A stretch of 32,000 nt of DNA, from positions 1,581,915-1,613,914 of the forward strand of contig NZ_CAKLDI010000001.1 of NCBI RefSeq assembly GCF_921293875.1, written 5' to 3'. This DNA is from Vibrio stylophorae (GTDB taxonomy: Bacteria; Pseudomonadota; Gammaproteobacteria; Enterobacterales; Vibrionaceae). Positions 16,372 through 26,940 of this stretch are shown in pieces; the stretch's first letter is position 1; each line of letters starts with the position of its first letter. A program made the position numbers and the translations under genes. The notes under the pieces are model-generated. The model did not search any database. It was not told where the DNA came from and was given only the letters and a program-made list of their open reading frames with translations.

Positions 16372-16466
16372 TCTCCCCTCCTAGGCTGATTACACTTCCC
16401 ATAACATACCCACTTTTTTGTCATCCAGCGAGTTTAGCGTCGATTTATTGCGCATTTCATAAGCAG

Positions 16467-16493
16467 TAAAAAAGCGCCATAAAGGCGCTTTTT
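16467..16493 (-). terminator. Terminator of the lipoprotein gene; copy 1 of an identical 27-bp hairpin
   Basis: taaaaaagcgccataaaggcgcttttt, identical over 27 bp to 18381-18407. Confidence 0.85.
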
Positions 16494-16510
16494 TATGTCT
16501 TCGATACGGC

Positions 16511-18199
16511 TCACTTTAGTAGGATCACCGTAGAGTAACTATCTGATGTTGCTATAATTCCATCTGAATAGTGTTTTTGGCTATAGAGTACAGCTGGAAG
16601 CGCATCCATTGAGTTGGACCATTGGCCTACAAGTCCCCCCGTCGCCAAATTGAACTGTCGCATTTCATGTCTATCAAGCCCAACACCGCGAGATGTCGAA
16701 TAATGGGTCACTGTTGATGAATCAAGCCCTATACGCCATAAACCTTCATAGAATTGTCCCAGATATGTCACTGCACCATTGCGATAAAAATAATGGTAAT
16801 CATTTGAAACAAGAGAATTATCCGTATCCAGCCTAATAATGTAACTATGACCCGTTAACCAAGTGATTTTCATATCATCTTGGGTAATGCCCAGACCATC
16901 ACCAACCTCAGATACTTTGTTTTCAACGGCGGACAAAATGTCAGCTCTGCTAGGCGCAGCATGTAAAGTCTTGCCGCCACTAGAATCAAGAATGACGATA
17001 TTTGCATGAGTCTCATCGTAGTATGCAATTTCGCCTTCTAAATGCTCTTGATTTGCATAGGTGTCATAGCTCGGATAATGAGGGAACACAAATTTTTGAC
17101 CATTTTTTATAGCGCCTCGCTCCCCTAATGCAATGGTACTTGATGCTGTGTATTTCAATTCACTTGGCTTTGGCTCTACTAACATGAAAGACTTATCAAA
17201 GTACTGCACTATCTTGTTTTGAGATAAATTAAACAACCCTAAATAAGGCCCATCAATAAACCATTCAAGGTCATCTGCTTCATTTGAGTTATCAAGCGTG
17301 GCGGACTCATTTTTAATTTGACCTGTGTTTATATCTAGCGTAATAAATTTTGATGAATCGCAATTCGCCACTAATACAACATCATCCCATTTTTGGGTAT
17401 AACAGGGATGAAACCCTTGGCTAGGCTCAATTGAGTCAACATAATCAAGGGATGAAAAATCTTTTTGCTCCCAAGCCACAGTTAATCCCGACACATTATA
17501 TGCCACACCATACACTTCATCGATTGTGCTTTCCTGCAGACGACCCGTTTCATCTATCACAATAATCATGTCAGAAAGAAGCTTGGGATCAACCTGTTGT
17601 AAATACTCAGCAATTCGTCTTGATTTTTCAGATAAGTTACTAATTTCTGAAGTATCACTTGTCGGCTCTACAGGTAACAAGTGTTGAATCGAGCGAGCTA
17701 AAGCATGAGCAAAAACTGACCCTTGCGCAATATAGTCTTGAGAAATATCATCTACGCTGACATTTAATTCGCTTGCTAGGTCCGCCAGTGACATATTTTT
17801 TATTTTCGCAAGTGTTGAAAATGGAGTAACAGTAAAATGACCCTGTTCCGCAATCATCACTTTGTTGTAATTGACTGCACCTTGAATGTCGCTATCCGTT
17901 GTTTGCCCCGCGATCACTTTAACAATCGTATCAAATTGTCCATCAGCTGCGTCTACCCAAATTTTCCCATTTTCATCTGTTAAACCGAGATATTCATTGC
18001 TGTCAGCAATACGATCGCCATTGCGGTCAATATAGACTTGCGCCGCACCCAAATAACCATCAATCACTATATATTGATTCTGTTTCACTGAAGGTGTGCT
18101 ATCAGAACCACTATCACCGCCACCACATCCATACAGTGCAGCAAGTAAAGCTGCGGCTATTATTCTTTTTTCCATTTTGAACTTAATCCTTTGGTTCAT
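16511..18199 (-). CDS. Large lipoprotein of unknown function in a low-GC cassette
   Basis: Lipobox LLAALYG|C followed by GGGDSGSDS. An N-terminal IDGYLGAAQVYIDRNGDRIADSNE segment is Ca-binding or Big-like. The C-terminal ~330 aa are beta-rich. An alternative start is ATG 18175 (MEKRII). Confidence 0.8.
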   Translation of the reverse strand: MNQRIKFKMEKRIIAAALLAALYGCGGGDSGSDSTPSVKQNQYIVIDGYLGAAQVYIDRNGDRIADSNEYLGLTDENGKIWVDAADGQFDTIVKVIAGQTTDSDIQGAVNYNKVMIAEQGHFTVTPFSTLAKIKNMSLADLASELNVSVDDISQDYIAQGSVFAHALARSIQHLLPVEPTSDTSEISNLSEKSRRIAEYLQQVDPKLLSDMIIVIDETGRLQESTIDEVYGVAYNVSGLTVAWEQKDFSSLDYVDSIEPSQGFHPCYTQKWDDVVLVANCDSSKFITLDINTGQIKNESATLDNSNEADDLEWFIDGPYLGLFNLSQNKIVQYFDKSFMLVEPKPSELKYTASSTIALGERGAIKNGQKFVFPHYPSYDTYANQEHLEGEIAYYDETHANIVILDSSGGKTLHAAPSRADILSAVENKVSEVGDGLGITQDDMKITWLTGHSYIIRLDTDNSLVSNDYHYFYRNGAVTYLGQFYEGLWRIGLDSSTVTHYSTSRGVGLDRHEMRQFNLATGGLVGQWSNSMDALPAVLYSQKHYSDGIIATSDSYSTVILLK

Positions 18200-18380
18200 A
18201 AAACACGTAAATCCTTTCAGGGGCGTAGTGCCAGAATCATTTCCATTTAGCGGTCAATTTTATCAATTCAAATATCTATTTGTTTAAGATGTCCTAAATC
18301 TTATAAAGCGCAGCTCAATCTCTTATGCACTGCATAACTTATCTACATCACAAAATTAGAGAAGTTCGATATTTTGATAA

Positions 18381-18407
18381 TAAAAAAGCGCCATAAAGGC
18401 GCTTTTT
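18381..18407 (-). terminator. Terminator of the cmoM-mukFEB operon; copy 2 of the identical 27-bp hairpin
   Basis: taaaaaagcgccataaaggcgcttttt, 20 nt after the mukB stop. Confidence 0.85.
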
Positions 18408-18427
18408 ACGTGCAACAAAATCTCTGC

Positions 18428-21400
18428 TTAGGATTCACTCGCGGTGAGTGCTTCACTGCTCTGAGCTTGTGAACTCGAATCAGTTTGGTTATCCGCTTGT
18501 GTCGTCTGTTGCGTGGCATCAAGCGCGGCTTGCTCAGATGGCAAACTTGGCGCGGCCACATCAGCAAAGCCTTTAAGACCCACGACGTGCACATGTTCGC
18601 GCTCACCGATGATCTTACGCATCAGCTTGTAGGTGGTACCTTTCTCTGGGCTGATATTTTCAGGTGCCGCGATCAAAAGCTGCATATCCAAACGCTCACA
18701 AAGTTCAAACAATGTAGCGATGGAGCGTGCATCCAAACGCGCGGCCTCATCCAAGAAGAGCAAGCGACATGGCACAATATCTTTAGCGCGTAGTCGGCGT
18801 GATTCCTCTTCCCAGCTTTGTACCACCATCAGCAAAATAGCTTGGCCGGTACCAATGGCTTCACCAGTAGATAGCGCGCCACTTTCCGCTTGTAGCCAAC
18901 CATCACTACCACGATTAACCTCGATGGAGAGATCAAGATAGTTACGATAATCCAGCAGCGCTTCACCCAGAACCTGCGCACTTTTTTGACCCACATCGAT
19001 ATGCGGATTGAGGCGCTGGAACAGTTTGGCAATGGCTTCTGAGAAAGTCAGACGCTGATTACCAAAGAGATCTTGGTGCTGACGATGATGCTCAGAAAGC
19101 GCAGTCAGTAACAATAAATGGCTATCGCGCACTTTCACATTCAAACGCACACCATTGACCTGACCAAAGCCAATGCGTTGCAACCCTTGGTTGAGCTGAC
19201 GAATTCGGTTTTGTTCACGCACAATGGTTTGGCGAATGATATTGGCCACGCTTTCCGCGCTGATCGCCAAGCGCACTTCACGCTGGCTCAACTCTTCAGT
19301 CAAACGCGCCAGCTCCACTTCCATCTCCTCGATGGCTTCCACTGGATCGTCCGAGCGAATAATGTCGTGACGAATACGATCTTTCAGATGCTGGTACACG
19401 GCGATGTAGAACAGCACTTTACGCTCAGGGCGCGCCATATCTTCCGAGTGACGCAGCGCATCGCGCAGGGTTTCGTTATCAGCCACGGCAAGGCGAAGTG
19501 CACCAAGGGCTTTATCTGAGCGAGAGCGAAGCTCTTCGGCGCTCATGTATGCAAATTCGCGGCGCTGCAAACGGCGATCCACATCGCTGTCTTTGGCTAC
19601 GCGCATCACGGCGCTCCAGTTCGATTTCACAGAAACCCCTTGGCCGCGCAAAATGCGGTACTCTTTCATCGCACGTTGGTGCAATTTACCTTGGCTGCGC
19701 ACTTCAAGCTCGGCAGCAGTCATCGCTTTTTCAAGCGCGCTGCGCGTACGACGGCTGGTTGCTAGCTGACTGGTTAAGGTTTCGACCGCAATTTTTGCTT
19801 CTTGCTCAGTTAAGGCATCAGCGCGAACACCTAGCATTTGGATATCACGAACGAACTCATCAATGGTGTCTTTTTTCGCTTGGTGAGCACTGCGCAGCGC
19901 CGCCATCACTTGATTGGCATCACTGAGTTTTTGCTGCACCAATTTCAAATCAGCACGGCACTGATGACGCGTTTTATCCGCCTCAGCCCATTTTAGTTTG
20001 AGCTGTTTATCAAGATCGCTACTTTGCGCCACCATGGCTTCTGCATCGTGATATTGGAAGTGCGCACGGCGCTCATCCACTTCACTGAGGGCAAATAGCT
20101 GCGATTTAAGCTGCTGCAGCGCGCGATCCAGTTTCTCAACCTGCGCTTCTAGGCTTGATTGCAACTGCGGATCAAAAGCCAAGGCTGCCATTTGCTCATT
20201 GAGCGCTTGGAAGACCTTGCCATAGCGATTAAAGAAGGCGTGGGCATCTTGACGCGCTTGCCACTGGCGCTGACTTTGCGCGAGATAATCGGCGCGATCA
20301 TGGGCTTCAAGGTGATCCACCATTTGGCCAAGCTCGGCAAGCTGCTTCATCGACAAACGATGCGCTTGTAGCTGCTGACGCTGGGTATTGGCTTGCTGAT
20401 TCAGCTCAGCCAAACGGCTATCACAATCATTCATTTGCTTGCGCAAGACGCGCATGCGTGGCTCTGGATCTGGCGTAAATGCCAAATTTAAGTGCGTGGC
20501 AACAAAATCGCTAACATGGTGGTGCAGACGCTGCCATTTTTGCGCATCAAAGGCCCAAATCGCATGTTGCTCTATGCAGGCTTCACGTTGCTCGCGCAGC
20601 AATTCAAGCTGCTGTTCACGCGCTGCGCGGCCAAAGAGCGGAATCTCAGGATAGCGAGAATAACGCAGCTGACGATTGTTTAAGCGTACGCAAACTGCGT
20701 TGCGAAGCTCTTCAGCGCTAAAGCTGCTGTCATCAAAAGCGTTGGCATCGCCTTCAATCAAGTAAAGATCGTCAGGACAATCACTCAGCTCTTCAAGAAT
20801 CGGTTTGATCTGCTCGATATCACGCACCACCACCGCATGACGGGCTGGACCATACATGGCGCTAAAATAAGGCGCATCATCAATTGAGATATCTTCATAG
20901 ATTTCACTGAGCAGTTGGCCACCCAACTGCTCGGCGATTTTTTGCAAACCGCTGTCATCACTACCGCCTGGCTGCGCCAAACGAATGATATCGCTTTCAA
21001 GCTGCTGCTTTTGCGCAGCTAATGTATCGCGCTTGCTGACAGCATCACGCTCGTAATCCAGCACATGCTGCATCGCACCCATCACGCTTGCCGCATCACA
21101 AAGATCGGTGGTAAAGGCAAGACGCGGATCAGCTAGTTGTTGCGTTAGAATTTCCAGCGCATCGTTAGCCGCCACCCATGCAGGCGCTTGCTGCTGCAGA
21201 CTTTGCAGCTCCACTTGCGCTTGTCGATGCAACTCTTGCTCGTGCGAGCGTTTGTCACTGAGCTCATCCAGCCAAGTGGTGAGCTCTTCAATTTGCGCTT
21301 CAAGCACGGTTTGCGCTTCAATCAAGCTTGCTTCATCACTGATATCCACACCATGACGCGCAAGATAGCTTTGACGCAATTGCTGCGCTTGCTGGTACTG

Positions 21401-22987
21401 CTGATAAGCGCGCTCCAGTGAGCGGTGCTGCGCATCTAAGGCATCAGCATTGAGCAAACGTGCTTGGTGCTCACGACCCGATTCAAGCCATGATTTTGCA
21501 TAGTCTTGTGCTTGCTCACGCGTGATCTCAGCGTCTAATTGCAACACCAACTGATAGGCTGCATCAAACTGAGCACTGCCCGCTTGTATCAGTTCAAGCT
21601 GATGTTTTTGCTCAAGCAAAGATTGCGTATCTTGTTGCTGCTGCTGGCGTAAACGGCTCAGTAGCGGACCCACATCTTCTAAACGAATCGCGCGGCCCAT
21701 ATGCGCCGTGGCTTGCTCAAGCGCTTCATTGGCTTGCTTATATTGCAGCGCGCGGGTTTGCTGGGCATTGAGCGCTTGCTGATAATCAGCCAGCTGACGC
21801 TGCAAGCTGTCCACTTCGCTTTCAGCACTTTCAAGCGCCATTTCGCGATCGACAAGAGACTCCTGCGCCTCTTCCACCACCATGGTTTGCTCTTCTAAGC
21901 GCTCTGAAAGCTCAAATAGATCTTCTTGGTAGCGATCCACTTTTTGCTGCTGCGCATAGGCGCTTTGCACGCGCTGATAATGGCTGTGCGCATTATCCAG
22001 CGCGACTTCAAGCTCCTCTTCCGTCGCTTGCTCTTGCTTGGACTGAATCGACAACTCATTCAGTTTGTGCTGCTCATGGTTCAAGCGATAAGCCGCTTCA
22101 TTGGCGCGGCGACGCTCTTTCAGCACGCCATCAATGCGCTGCTGACGCTCATTGACATGGCGCATATAGTCCGCCGCCACATAATCGGTGGCTTGACGAA
22201 GCAAATGTTTGAATAAATCGCGGTCTGCTTGCGTAACCTTAATCGCTTCAAGGGTTAAGCGGTTTTCACGCAGCGCCGCTTCCATATCTTGGAAGGCTTT
22301 TTTCACGCCACTGTTATGCGGCAATAGATAGTCACGCAATGAGCGCGTAATGGTGCTGGAGATACCGCCGTATAGCGATGCTTCAATCAGACGGTAATAC
22401 TTGCCACGATCGCTTTGGTTGCGCAGTTTCTTCGCCAGCACACCCATCTCAAACATTTGGTTGTGATAATCGGTGATCGCATTAAAAGCTTTAAACTGCA
22501 AACCATGGAAATCGCTGACAAAATCACGCATCTCTTCATAGGGACGCACGCGGGCGCTACCGCCCACTTTGGGCTCAATAAAGATTTCGCTCACCAGCAA
22601 ATCTTCAGGCAGGTCTTGCAACATAAAGGCCTTGATGTCGACTTTCTTGTCGCGACCCGCCACTTGTTGCAATTTCACGGCAAAAACCAAGCGCTGCTGG
22701 CGTGAGTTCATCACCTCCAGCGCAGCATAACAGGTGCCCGGCTTAAGCTTACCGTATAAACCTTTGTCGCGGGATGCGTTGGCGCTACCCGCTTCGGTGG
22801 TGTTACGAAAATGCAGTAGGTTTTGGTCCGGAATCAAGGCGGTAACAAAGGAAGCCATCGCGGTAGATTTACCGGCGCCGTTACCACCAGAGAAGGTGGT
22901 CACTAGTTCATCAAGATCAAAGGTTCGGGCAAAAAAACCGTTCCAGTTGATCATCGTGAGCGATAAAAATTTACCTCGCTCCATCAT
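18428..22987 (-). CDS. mukB: Chromosome partition protein MukB (SMC-like condensin ATPase)
   Basis: The N-terminus [42 protein letters not shown] is near-identical to E. coli MukB. Long coiled coil, then a C-terminal head with [10 protein letters not shown]. The mukE stop (TGA) overlaps the mukB ATG by 4 nt. Confidence 0.98.
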   Translation of the reverse strand: MMERGKFLSLTMINWNGFFARTFDLDELVTTFSGGNGAGKSTAMASFVTALIPDQNLLHFRNTTEAGSANASRDKGLYGKLKPGTCYAALEVMNSRQQRLVFAVKLQQVAGRDKKVDIKAFMLQDLPEDLLVSEIFIEPKVGGSARVRPYEEMRDFVSDFHGLQFKAFNAITDYHNQMFEMGVLAKKLRNQSDRGKYYRLIEASLYGGISSTITRSLRDYLLPHNSGVKKAFQDMEAALRENRLTLEAIKVTQADRDLFKHLLRQATDYVAADYMRHVNERQQRIDGVLKERRRANEAAYRLNHEQHKLNELSIQSKQEQATEEELEVALDNAHSHYQRVQSAYAQQQKVDRYQEDLFELSERLEEQTMVVEEAQESLVDREMALESAESEVDSLQRQLADYQQALNAQQTRALQYKQANEALEQATAHMGRAIRLEDVGPLLSRLRQQQQQDTQSLLEQKHQLELIQAGSAQFDAAYQLVLQLDAEITREQAQDYAKSWLESGREHQARLLNADALDAQHRSLERAYQQYQQAQQLRQSYLARHGVDISDEASLIEAQTVLEAQIEELTTWLDELSDKRSHEQELHRQAQVELQSLQQQAPAWVAANDALEILTQQLADPRLAFTTDLCDAASVMGAMQHVLDYERDAVSKRDTLAAQKQQLESDIIRLAQPGGSDDSGLQKIAEQLGGQLLSEIYEDISIDDAPYFSAMYGPARHAVVVRDIEQIKPILEELSDCPDDLYLIEGDANAFDDSSFSAEELRNAVCVRLNNRQLRYSRYPEIPLFGRAAREQQLELLREQREACIEQHAIWAFDAQKWQRLHHHVSDFVATHLNLAFTPDPEPRMRVLRKQMNDCDSRLAELNQQANTQRQQLQAHRLSMKQLAELGQMVDHLEAHDRADYLAQSQRQWQARQDAHAFFNRYGKVFQALNEQMAALAFDPQLQSSLEAQVEKLDRALQQLKSQLFALSEVDERRAHFQYHDAEAMVAQSSDLDKQLKLKWAEADKTRHQCRADLKLVQQKLSDANQVMAALRSAHQAKKDTIDEFVRDIQMLGVRADALTEQEAKIAVETLTSQLATSRRTRSALEKAMTAAELEVRSQGKLHQRAMKEYRILRGQGVSVKSNWSAVMRVAKDSDVDRRLQRREFAYMSAEELRSRSDKALGALRLAVADNETLRDALRHSEDMARPERKVLFYIAVYQHLKDRIRHDIIRSDDPVEAIEEMEVELARLTEELSQREVRLAISAESVANIIRQTIVREQNRIRQLNQGLQRIGFGQVNGVRLNVKVRDSHLLLLTALSEHHRQHQDLFGNQRLTFSEAIAKLFQRLNPHIDVGQKSAQVLGEALLDYRNYLDLSIEVNRGSDGWLQAESGALSTGEAIGTGQAILLMVVQSWEEESRRLRAKDIVPCRLLFLDEAARLDARSIATLFELCERLDMQLLIAAPENISPEKGTTYKLMRKIIGEREHVHVVGLKGFADVAAPSLPSEQAALDATQQTTQADNQTDSSSQAQSSEALTASES

Positions 22988-23730
22988 AGGGATGTCTCCG
23001 AATCCTGTGCTGTGTCATGCAATGGCGCATGGTCCATTGATGTGCGGTCTGATGACTCAAATGCGGCTTGTTTAAGCTCAGCTTCACGCGCGGCAGAGAC
23101 TGAGATCTCGCCATCACTGAGCAAGCGACGCTGCGCTTCCAGTGGGTCTTCACCACTGCGAACATCAGCGCCAAAGCGGAACACCGCTTCACTGATGCGA
23201 AATTTATCGCTATCGGCGATTGGCAAAATCATGCCAATACGGCGCAAGCGGCGCAGAGAAACGCGCATTTTTTCATGCAGCTTATCGCGGTCGACATCTG
23301 AGCCAGTCGCACGCAGGGTCACCATGCGCATCAACTGACCGGTATCCACCAAGGTGAGCAGCTCTTCAAAGACATCTTGCGGCGCAAATTGGCCTTCTTG
23401 GGCCAAGCGCTCAGGACTCAAATAGAGGTAACACAACACTTTACCAATGAGCATATCGAGCTCGGAGAGCACGCTTCGACCAATCAAAGTGGTTGAACGC
23501 GGGCGCAGATAGAAAAAGTGCTCAGGGGCGCGCACCAACTCAACGTTGTAGCGCAAATAAAATTGACTCAGTGGTGCTTCAAATTCCACAAGGTAAGCGT
23601 GATTGTCCATATCATCGCTGCCGATATGACGACCGGCACGTAAGGCGCTATCTAGCGCTGGAAACAGCGGATTGGCAATGGCTTTGGCCATCGCTTCTGG
23701 CATGTAGGTCTCAATAGTTATCGATGACAT
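22984..23730 (-). CDS. mukE: Chromosome partition protein MukE
   Basis: From ATG 23730, [37 protein letters not shown] aligns with the E. coli MukE N-terminus. The ORF-track extension to 23790 has no homolog. There is a 20-nt overlap with the mukF 3' end. Confidence 0.95.
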   Translation of the reverse strand: MSSITIETYMPEAMAKAIANPLFPALDSALRAGRHIGSDDMDNHAYLVEFEAPLSQFYLRYNVELVRAPEHFFYLRPRSTTLIGRSVLSELDMLIGKVLCYLYLSPERLAQEGQFAPQDVFEELLTLVDTGQLMRMVTLRATGSDVDRDKLHEKMRVSLRRLRRIGMILPIADSDKFRISEAVFRFGADVRSGEDPLEAQRRLLSDGEISVSAAREAELKQAAFESSDRTSMDHAPLHDTAQDSETSL

Positions 23731-25033
23731 TTGCTTGTACCTTCGCACCATAATGACTAATAACGTGCCATTTCGGTTGCACTGCATCAAGCTCAGCTTG
23801 TGAGTAACCCAGTTGCAATGCTTGGTCGACCACTACGCGGGCAAGGTCGAAATGGCGTGCGCGTGGATGGGCATCCAAATATTCGCGCAGAACGCAGGTC
23901 AAATCGATGGGATCGCCTGCTTGTTTAAATCGCGTCAGATGCTCGCCAATCACGGCTTGCAACTGCTCTTGAACCTGATCCAGCTCTTCATATTCCATAG
24001 GCAAAGGCGCATCACCAGTGACATCTTGATTGCGCAGCACCAAGGCTTCATCGCGCATATCCATCAAGCGTTCGTCACGGGCATAAGTCAAATGCCAAGG
24101 GTTATCTAAGTAGCCGCGAATGGACTCGCGCAAGCGTTGGCTAAAGGCGCGGTTTTTATCCATATCGATGGCGGTTCGAATAAATTTATGGACGTGGCGG
24201 TCATAACCCATCCATAGATCAATGGCCTGCTGGCCCCAGCTGACGATACGATCGAGCTTGGTTTGCAGATCAAACACCAGCTCATCGACAAACAGCAGCT
24301 CATCTTCGCCATACACCAAAGTCTGAATATGTTGCAGCTCGGTTTGCAGCTGATCGGCAACCGTTTGCAAGGTATCTTGCAGTTCGCGCAAGGTATTCGA
24401 GGTTTCACTCAGCAACTGCTCACAACTCATAATGGCACTGTGCCAATCTTGATTGAGTAGTGAGGCGACATCTTTTTTTATCAACTGCTGATGTTCATCC
24501 ATCACGCGTTGGTTCAAATCGATGCGATCAAAGAGATCCGAGACTGAGTGTTGCAAAACAGGGTGAACCTGATGCAACCAATCTTCAAAACATTGCGCTT
24601 CGCTCGCCGCTTTCGCCGCTTTGCTGACCTCTTCTGCCACCAATGCTAAAAGCACAGATAGTTTGACCGAGGTAAATTCGCGCTGCTTGGCATAATAATC
24701 TGCAATGCCAAGACCCAAGGGGGTTAAGCGGTAAATACTGCAGCCCTCATCACCTTGTTCGTAAAAACGCGTCAGCAGATGTTGGCGCACCAATTCGTTA
24801 ATGGCATTGTTCGCGCGCAGGGCAAGGGTTTCTTCGACTTGGGCGAAATGGGTGCTGACCATGGCAAAGGTGTCCACCAGCTCCCCTTCTCCCAACTCTT
24901 GTTGGTGTTGGCCATCATTGACCAAATAAACAGCAAGTAAAAAGGCCAGCCGCTCGTTGTTTAGGGTTAACGCTAAATCTTGCGTTTTCACCCACTGCAC
25001 AAGCTCTGGCACAGTTTGGGTTTGTTCGCGCAT
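23711..25033 (-). CDS. mukF: Chromosome partition protein MukF (kleisin)
   Basis: [11 protein letters not shown]...LAFLLAV...[30 protein letters not shown]...[12 protein letters not shown] is collinear with E. coli MukF. Confidence 0.97.
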   Translation of the reverse strand: MREQTQTVPELVQWVKTQDLALTLNNERLAFLLAVYLVNDGQHQQELGEGELVDTFAMVSTHFAQVEETLALRANNAINELVRQHLLTRFYEQGDEGCSIYRLTPLGLGIADYYAKQREFTSVKLSVLLALVAEEVSKAAKAASEAQCFEDWLHQVHPVLQHSVSDLFDRIDLNQRVMDEHQQLIKKDVASLLNQDWHSAIMSCEQLLSETSNTLRELQDTLQTVADQLQTELQHIQTLVYGEDELLFVDELVFDLQTKLDRIVSWGQQAIDLWMGYDRHVHKFIRTAIDMDKNRAFSQRLRESIRGYLDNPWHLTYARDERLMDMRDEALVLRNQDVTGDAPLPMEYEELDQVQEQLQAVIGEHLTRFKQAGDPIDLTCVLREYLDAHPRARHFDLARVVVDQALQLGYSQAELDAVQPKWHVISHYGAKVQANVIDNY

Positions 25034-25057
25034 GAACCGTCCTAATCTTTCATCATT

Positions 25058-25834
25058 TTATTCGGCGGCAACCTGAGCCCAGCAATGGATATAGCGCCCT
25101 AGCGAGAGATAAGGCTCTTGCTGACACAGGGCTAGCTCCATACTGAGTAGCTCATCAAAGGTGTATTCGCCGACACGGGTATCACGCATATAGTCATGGA
25201 AACAGCGCACCCCGCTGCGACCGAGGATGTTTAATCCTTGGTTGGTGAGCCAGCCATAGGCTGTCTCTGGCACAATCCCTTTTTGCGGTTGAAGTTTAAA
25301 GCGTTTGCGATAAGGCATACCCTCTTGGATATGACGAATATTTCCGCAAATCAAATTCTTAAACACCAAACCATGATGGTTATAAAACATCAAAGAGAGT
25401 ATGCCACCGGGTGCAAGCTGTTGGGTGAGATGAGTGACAGCAGATTCTGGGTCTGCGAGCCACTCAACAACGGCATGAAACAAAATTAGATCCACGGGCG
25501 CACTCAGGTGCTCGCCAATGGATTGTGCAGGGGCATGAACAAACTCATATTGCTCAGTGAGTCCCGCCTCTGTAACAGCCTCTTTCGCCAAATTTAACAT
25601 TTGTTCCGAGATGTCACATAAAATGACATGATGGCCCAAAGCGGCGAGACGTTGCGACATCTGCCCCACACCACCGCCTGCATCCAAAATTCGCAGCGGC
25701 CGTTTGGGTAAGGTCGCAAGAATCTGCTCTAAGTCGCGCCACAAAACGGCTTGGCGAATATCGCCCTTGCCGGAGCCATAAATGTTTTTGGCAAATTTGT
25801 GCGCAATATCGTCGAAATTTCGATCCTGATTCAC
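25058..25834 (-). CDS. cmoM: tRNA 5-carboxymethoxyuridine (cmo5U34) methyltransferase
   Basis: MNQDRNFDDIAHKFAKNIYG, the SAM motif ILDAGGGVGQ, and LILFHAVVEWLADP. First gene of the muk operon, as with E. coli smtA/cmoM. Confidence 0.93.
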   Translation of the reverse strand: MNQDRNFDDIAHKFAKNIYGSGKGDIRQAVLWRDLEQILATLPKRPLRILDAGGGVGQMSQRLAALGHHVILCDISEQMLNLAKEAVTEAGLTEQYEFVHAPAQSIGEHLSAPVDLILFHAVVEWLADPESAVTHLTQQLAPGGILSLMFYNHHGLVFKNLICGNIRHIQEGMPYRKRFKLQPQKGIVPETAYGWLTNQGLNILGRSGVRCFHDYMRDTRVGEYTFDELLSMELALCQQEPYLSLGRYIHCWAQVAAE

Positions 25835-25947
25835 GTCGCTTTCGTTATCATGTCATGTTACACGTCGCCATTTTGGCATAACATTGGCGAGAATAAAGGC
25901 TTGCGCACGCTTTTTGTGCTCAAGTGTCGATTATTCGGACGATTTTG

Positions 25948-26748
25948 ATGTTTGAACTGAAAAAAATACTCTCTGCACTCTTGATGCCGCTCCCAGCCTT
26001 GCTTGGTTTGGCACTCATCGGCCTTTATTTGATCTGGTTTACGCGCCATGCCAACTGGGGGCGCTGGATGTTGACCATCTCATGGGTGATGCTTTTTTTA
26101 CTCTCTTTCCAACCCGTGAGTACCACATTGTTGGCCAGCCAAGAGCGTCAATACCGTGCCTTTATTCCTGATCAAGAACGTATCGATTATGTAATGGTCC
26201 TCGGTGAAAGCCATGTGGTGGATAAAGATATTCCGGCCACCTCAGAACTCAGTCGCGCCGCACTGATGCGCTTGATTGAAGGGATTCGAATCTATCGCCT
26301 CTATCCGGGCTCTCGTTTGGTGCTCTCTGGCTATGATGGCGGCACTGAAATTAGCCATGCACGAATGATGGCCAAAGTTGCCCTTGAGCTTGGCGTCCCT
26401 AAAAGCGATATTTTGCTGCTTGAAACCGCCAAAGATACATGGGAGGAAGCTAACCAAGCGGCCTCTGCTATTGGTGATGCAAAAATTGTACTGGTAACCT
26501 CAGCCGTACATATGGAGCGGGCAATCAATGAATTTGAAAACGCAGGTTTGCACCCAATTCCAGCGCCAACCAACTTTTTGGCGCATAAGAACATTAAGCA
26601 GCCTTGGGTGAAATACGTGCCAAAACCGCTCTATCTTGAGCAATCCACCACCTATTGGTATGAAACCCTAGGCGGTTGGTGGCGCTTGTTGCGTGACAAC
26701 ACCAATCCACCGGAAGCTGAGCCAGTTGAAGCAAGCCAAATCGATTAG
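25948..26748 (+). CDS. elyC: Envelope biogenesis factor ElyC (DUF218)
   Basis: MFELKKILSALLMPLP aligns with the E. coli ElyC N-terminus MLFTLKKV. LVTSAVHMERA and PIPAPTNF motifs are present. Divergent from cmoM as in E. coli. GTG 25924 is an alternative start. Confidence 0.88.
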   Translation: MFELKKILSALLMPLPALLGLALIGLYLIWFTRHANWGRWMLTISWVMLFLLSFQPVSTTLLASQERQYRAFIPDQERIDYVMVLGESHVVDKDIPATSELSRAALMRLIEGIRIYRLYPGSRLVLSGYDGGTEISHARMMAKVALELGVPKSDILLLETAKDTWEEANQAASAIGDAKIVLVTSAVHMERAINEFENAGLHPIPAPTNFLAHKNIKQPWVKYVPKPLYLEQSTTYWYETLGGWWRLLRDNTNPPEAEPVEASQID

Positions 26749-26795
26749 CCGTGTAATCACTCAACTACTCAATACACATTCGAAAAATGCAAAAA

Positions 26796-26816
26796 GGACG
26801 CCAAGGCGTCCTTTTT
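26796..26816. terminator. Bidirectional terminator between the convergent elyC and L,D-transpeptidase-fold genes
   Basis: ggacgc / caag / gcgtcc, flanked by aaaaa and ttttt. Confidence 0.8.
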
Positions 26817-26940
26817 CATTGCGCAAAATGAAGCGTCAACCGGTTCTCTCAATGACCTATTCAACTCAACCTCTAGCTTATCGGCTTCATTTCCTGTTGC
26901 TTCGTTTCTTATTTTCTGGATGCTTGCAAGGCTCGTTTCG

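Noticed and set aside
18485-22705. Many + strand ORFs of 60-142 aa inside mukB (for example 19118-19519, 19498-19926, 21926-22216, 22415-22705).
   Set aside because: They are antisense to a gene with unambiguous full-length MukB homology. Their products are low-complexity (L/R/Q/A-rich) mirror images of the coiled-coil codons, and none has an SD or a recognisable motif.
23731-23790. 20-codon N-terminal extension of mukE in the ORF track ([20 protein letters not shown]).
   Set aside because: The homologous MukE N-terminus begins at Met 23730 ([12 protein letters not shown]...). The extension lies within the mukF coding sequence in another frame.
25928-25944. cgattattcggacgatt upstream of elyC resembles the ArsR operator core ATTCGACGATT.
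   Set aside because: It carries a 1-nt insertion in the core, lacks dyad symmetry and has no functional link to arsenic genes. Most likely chance.
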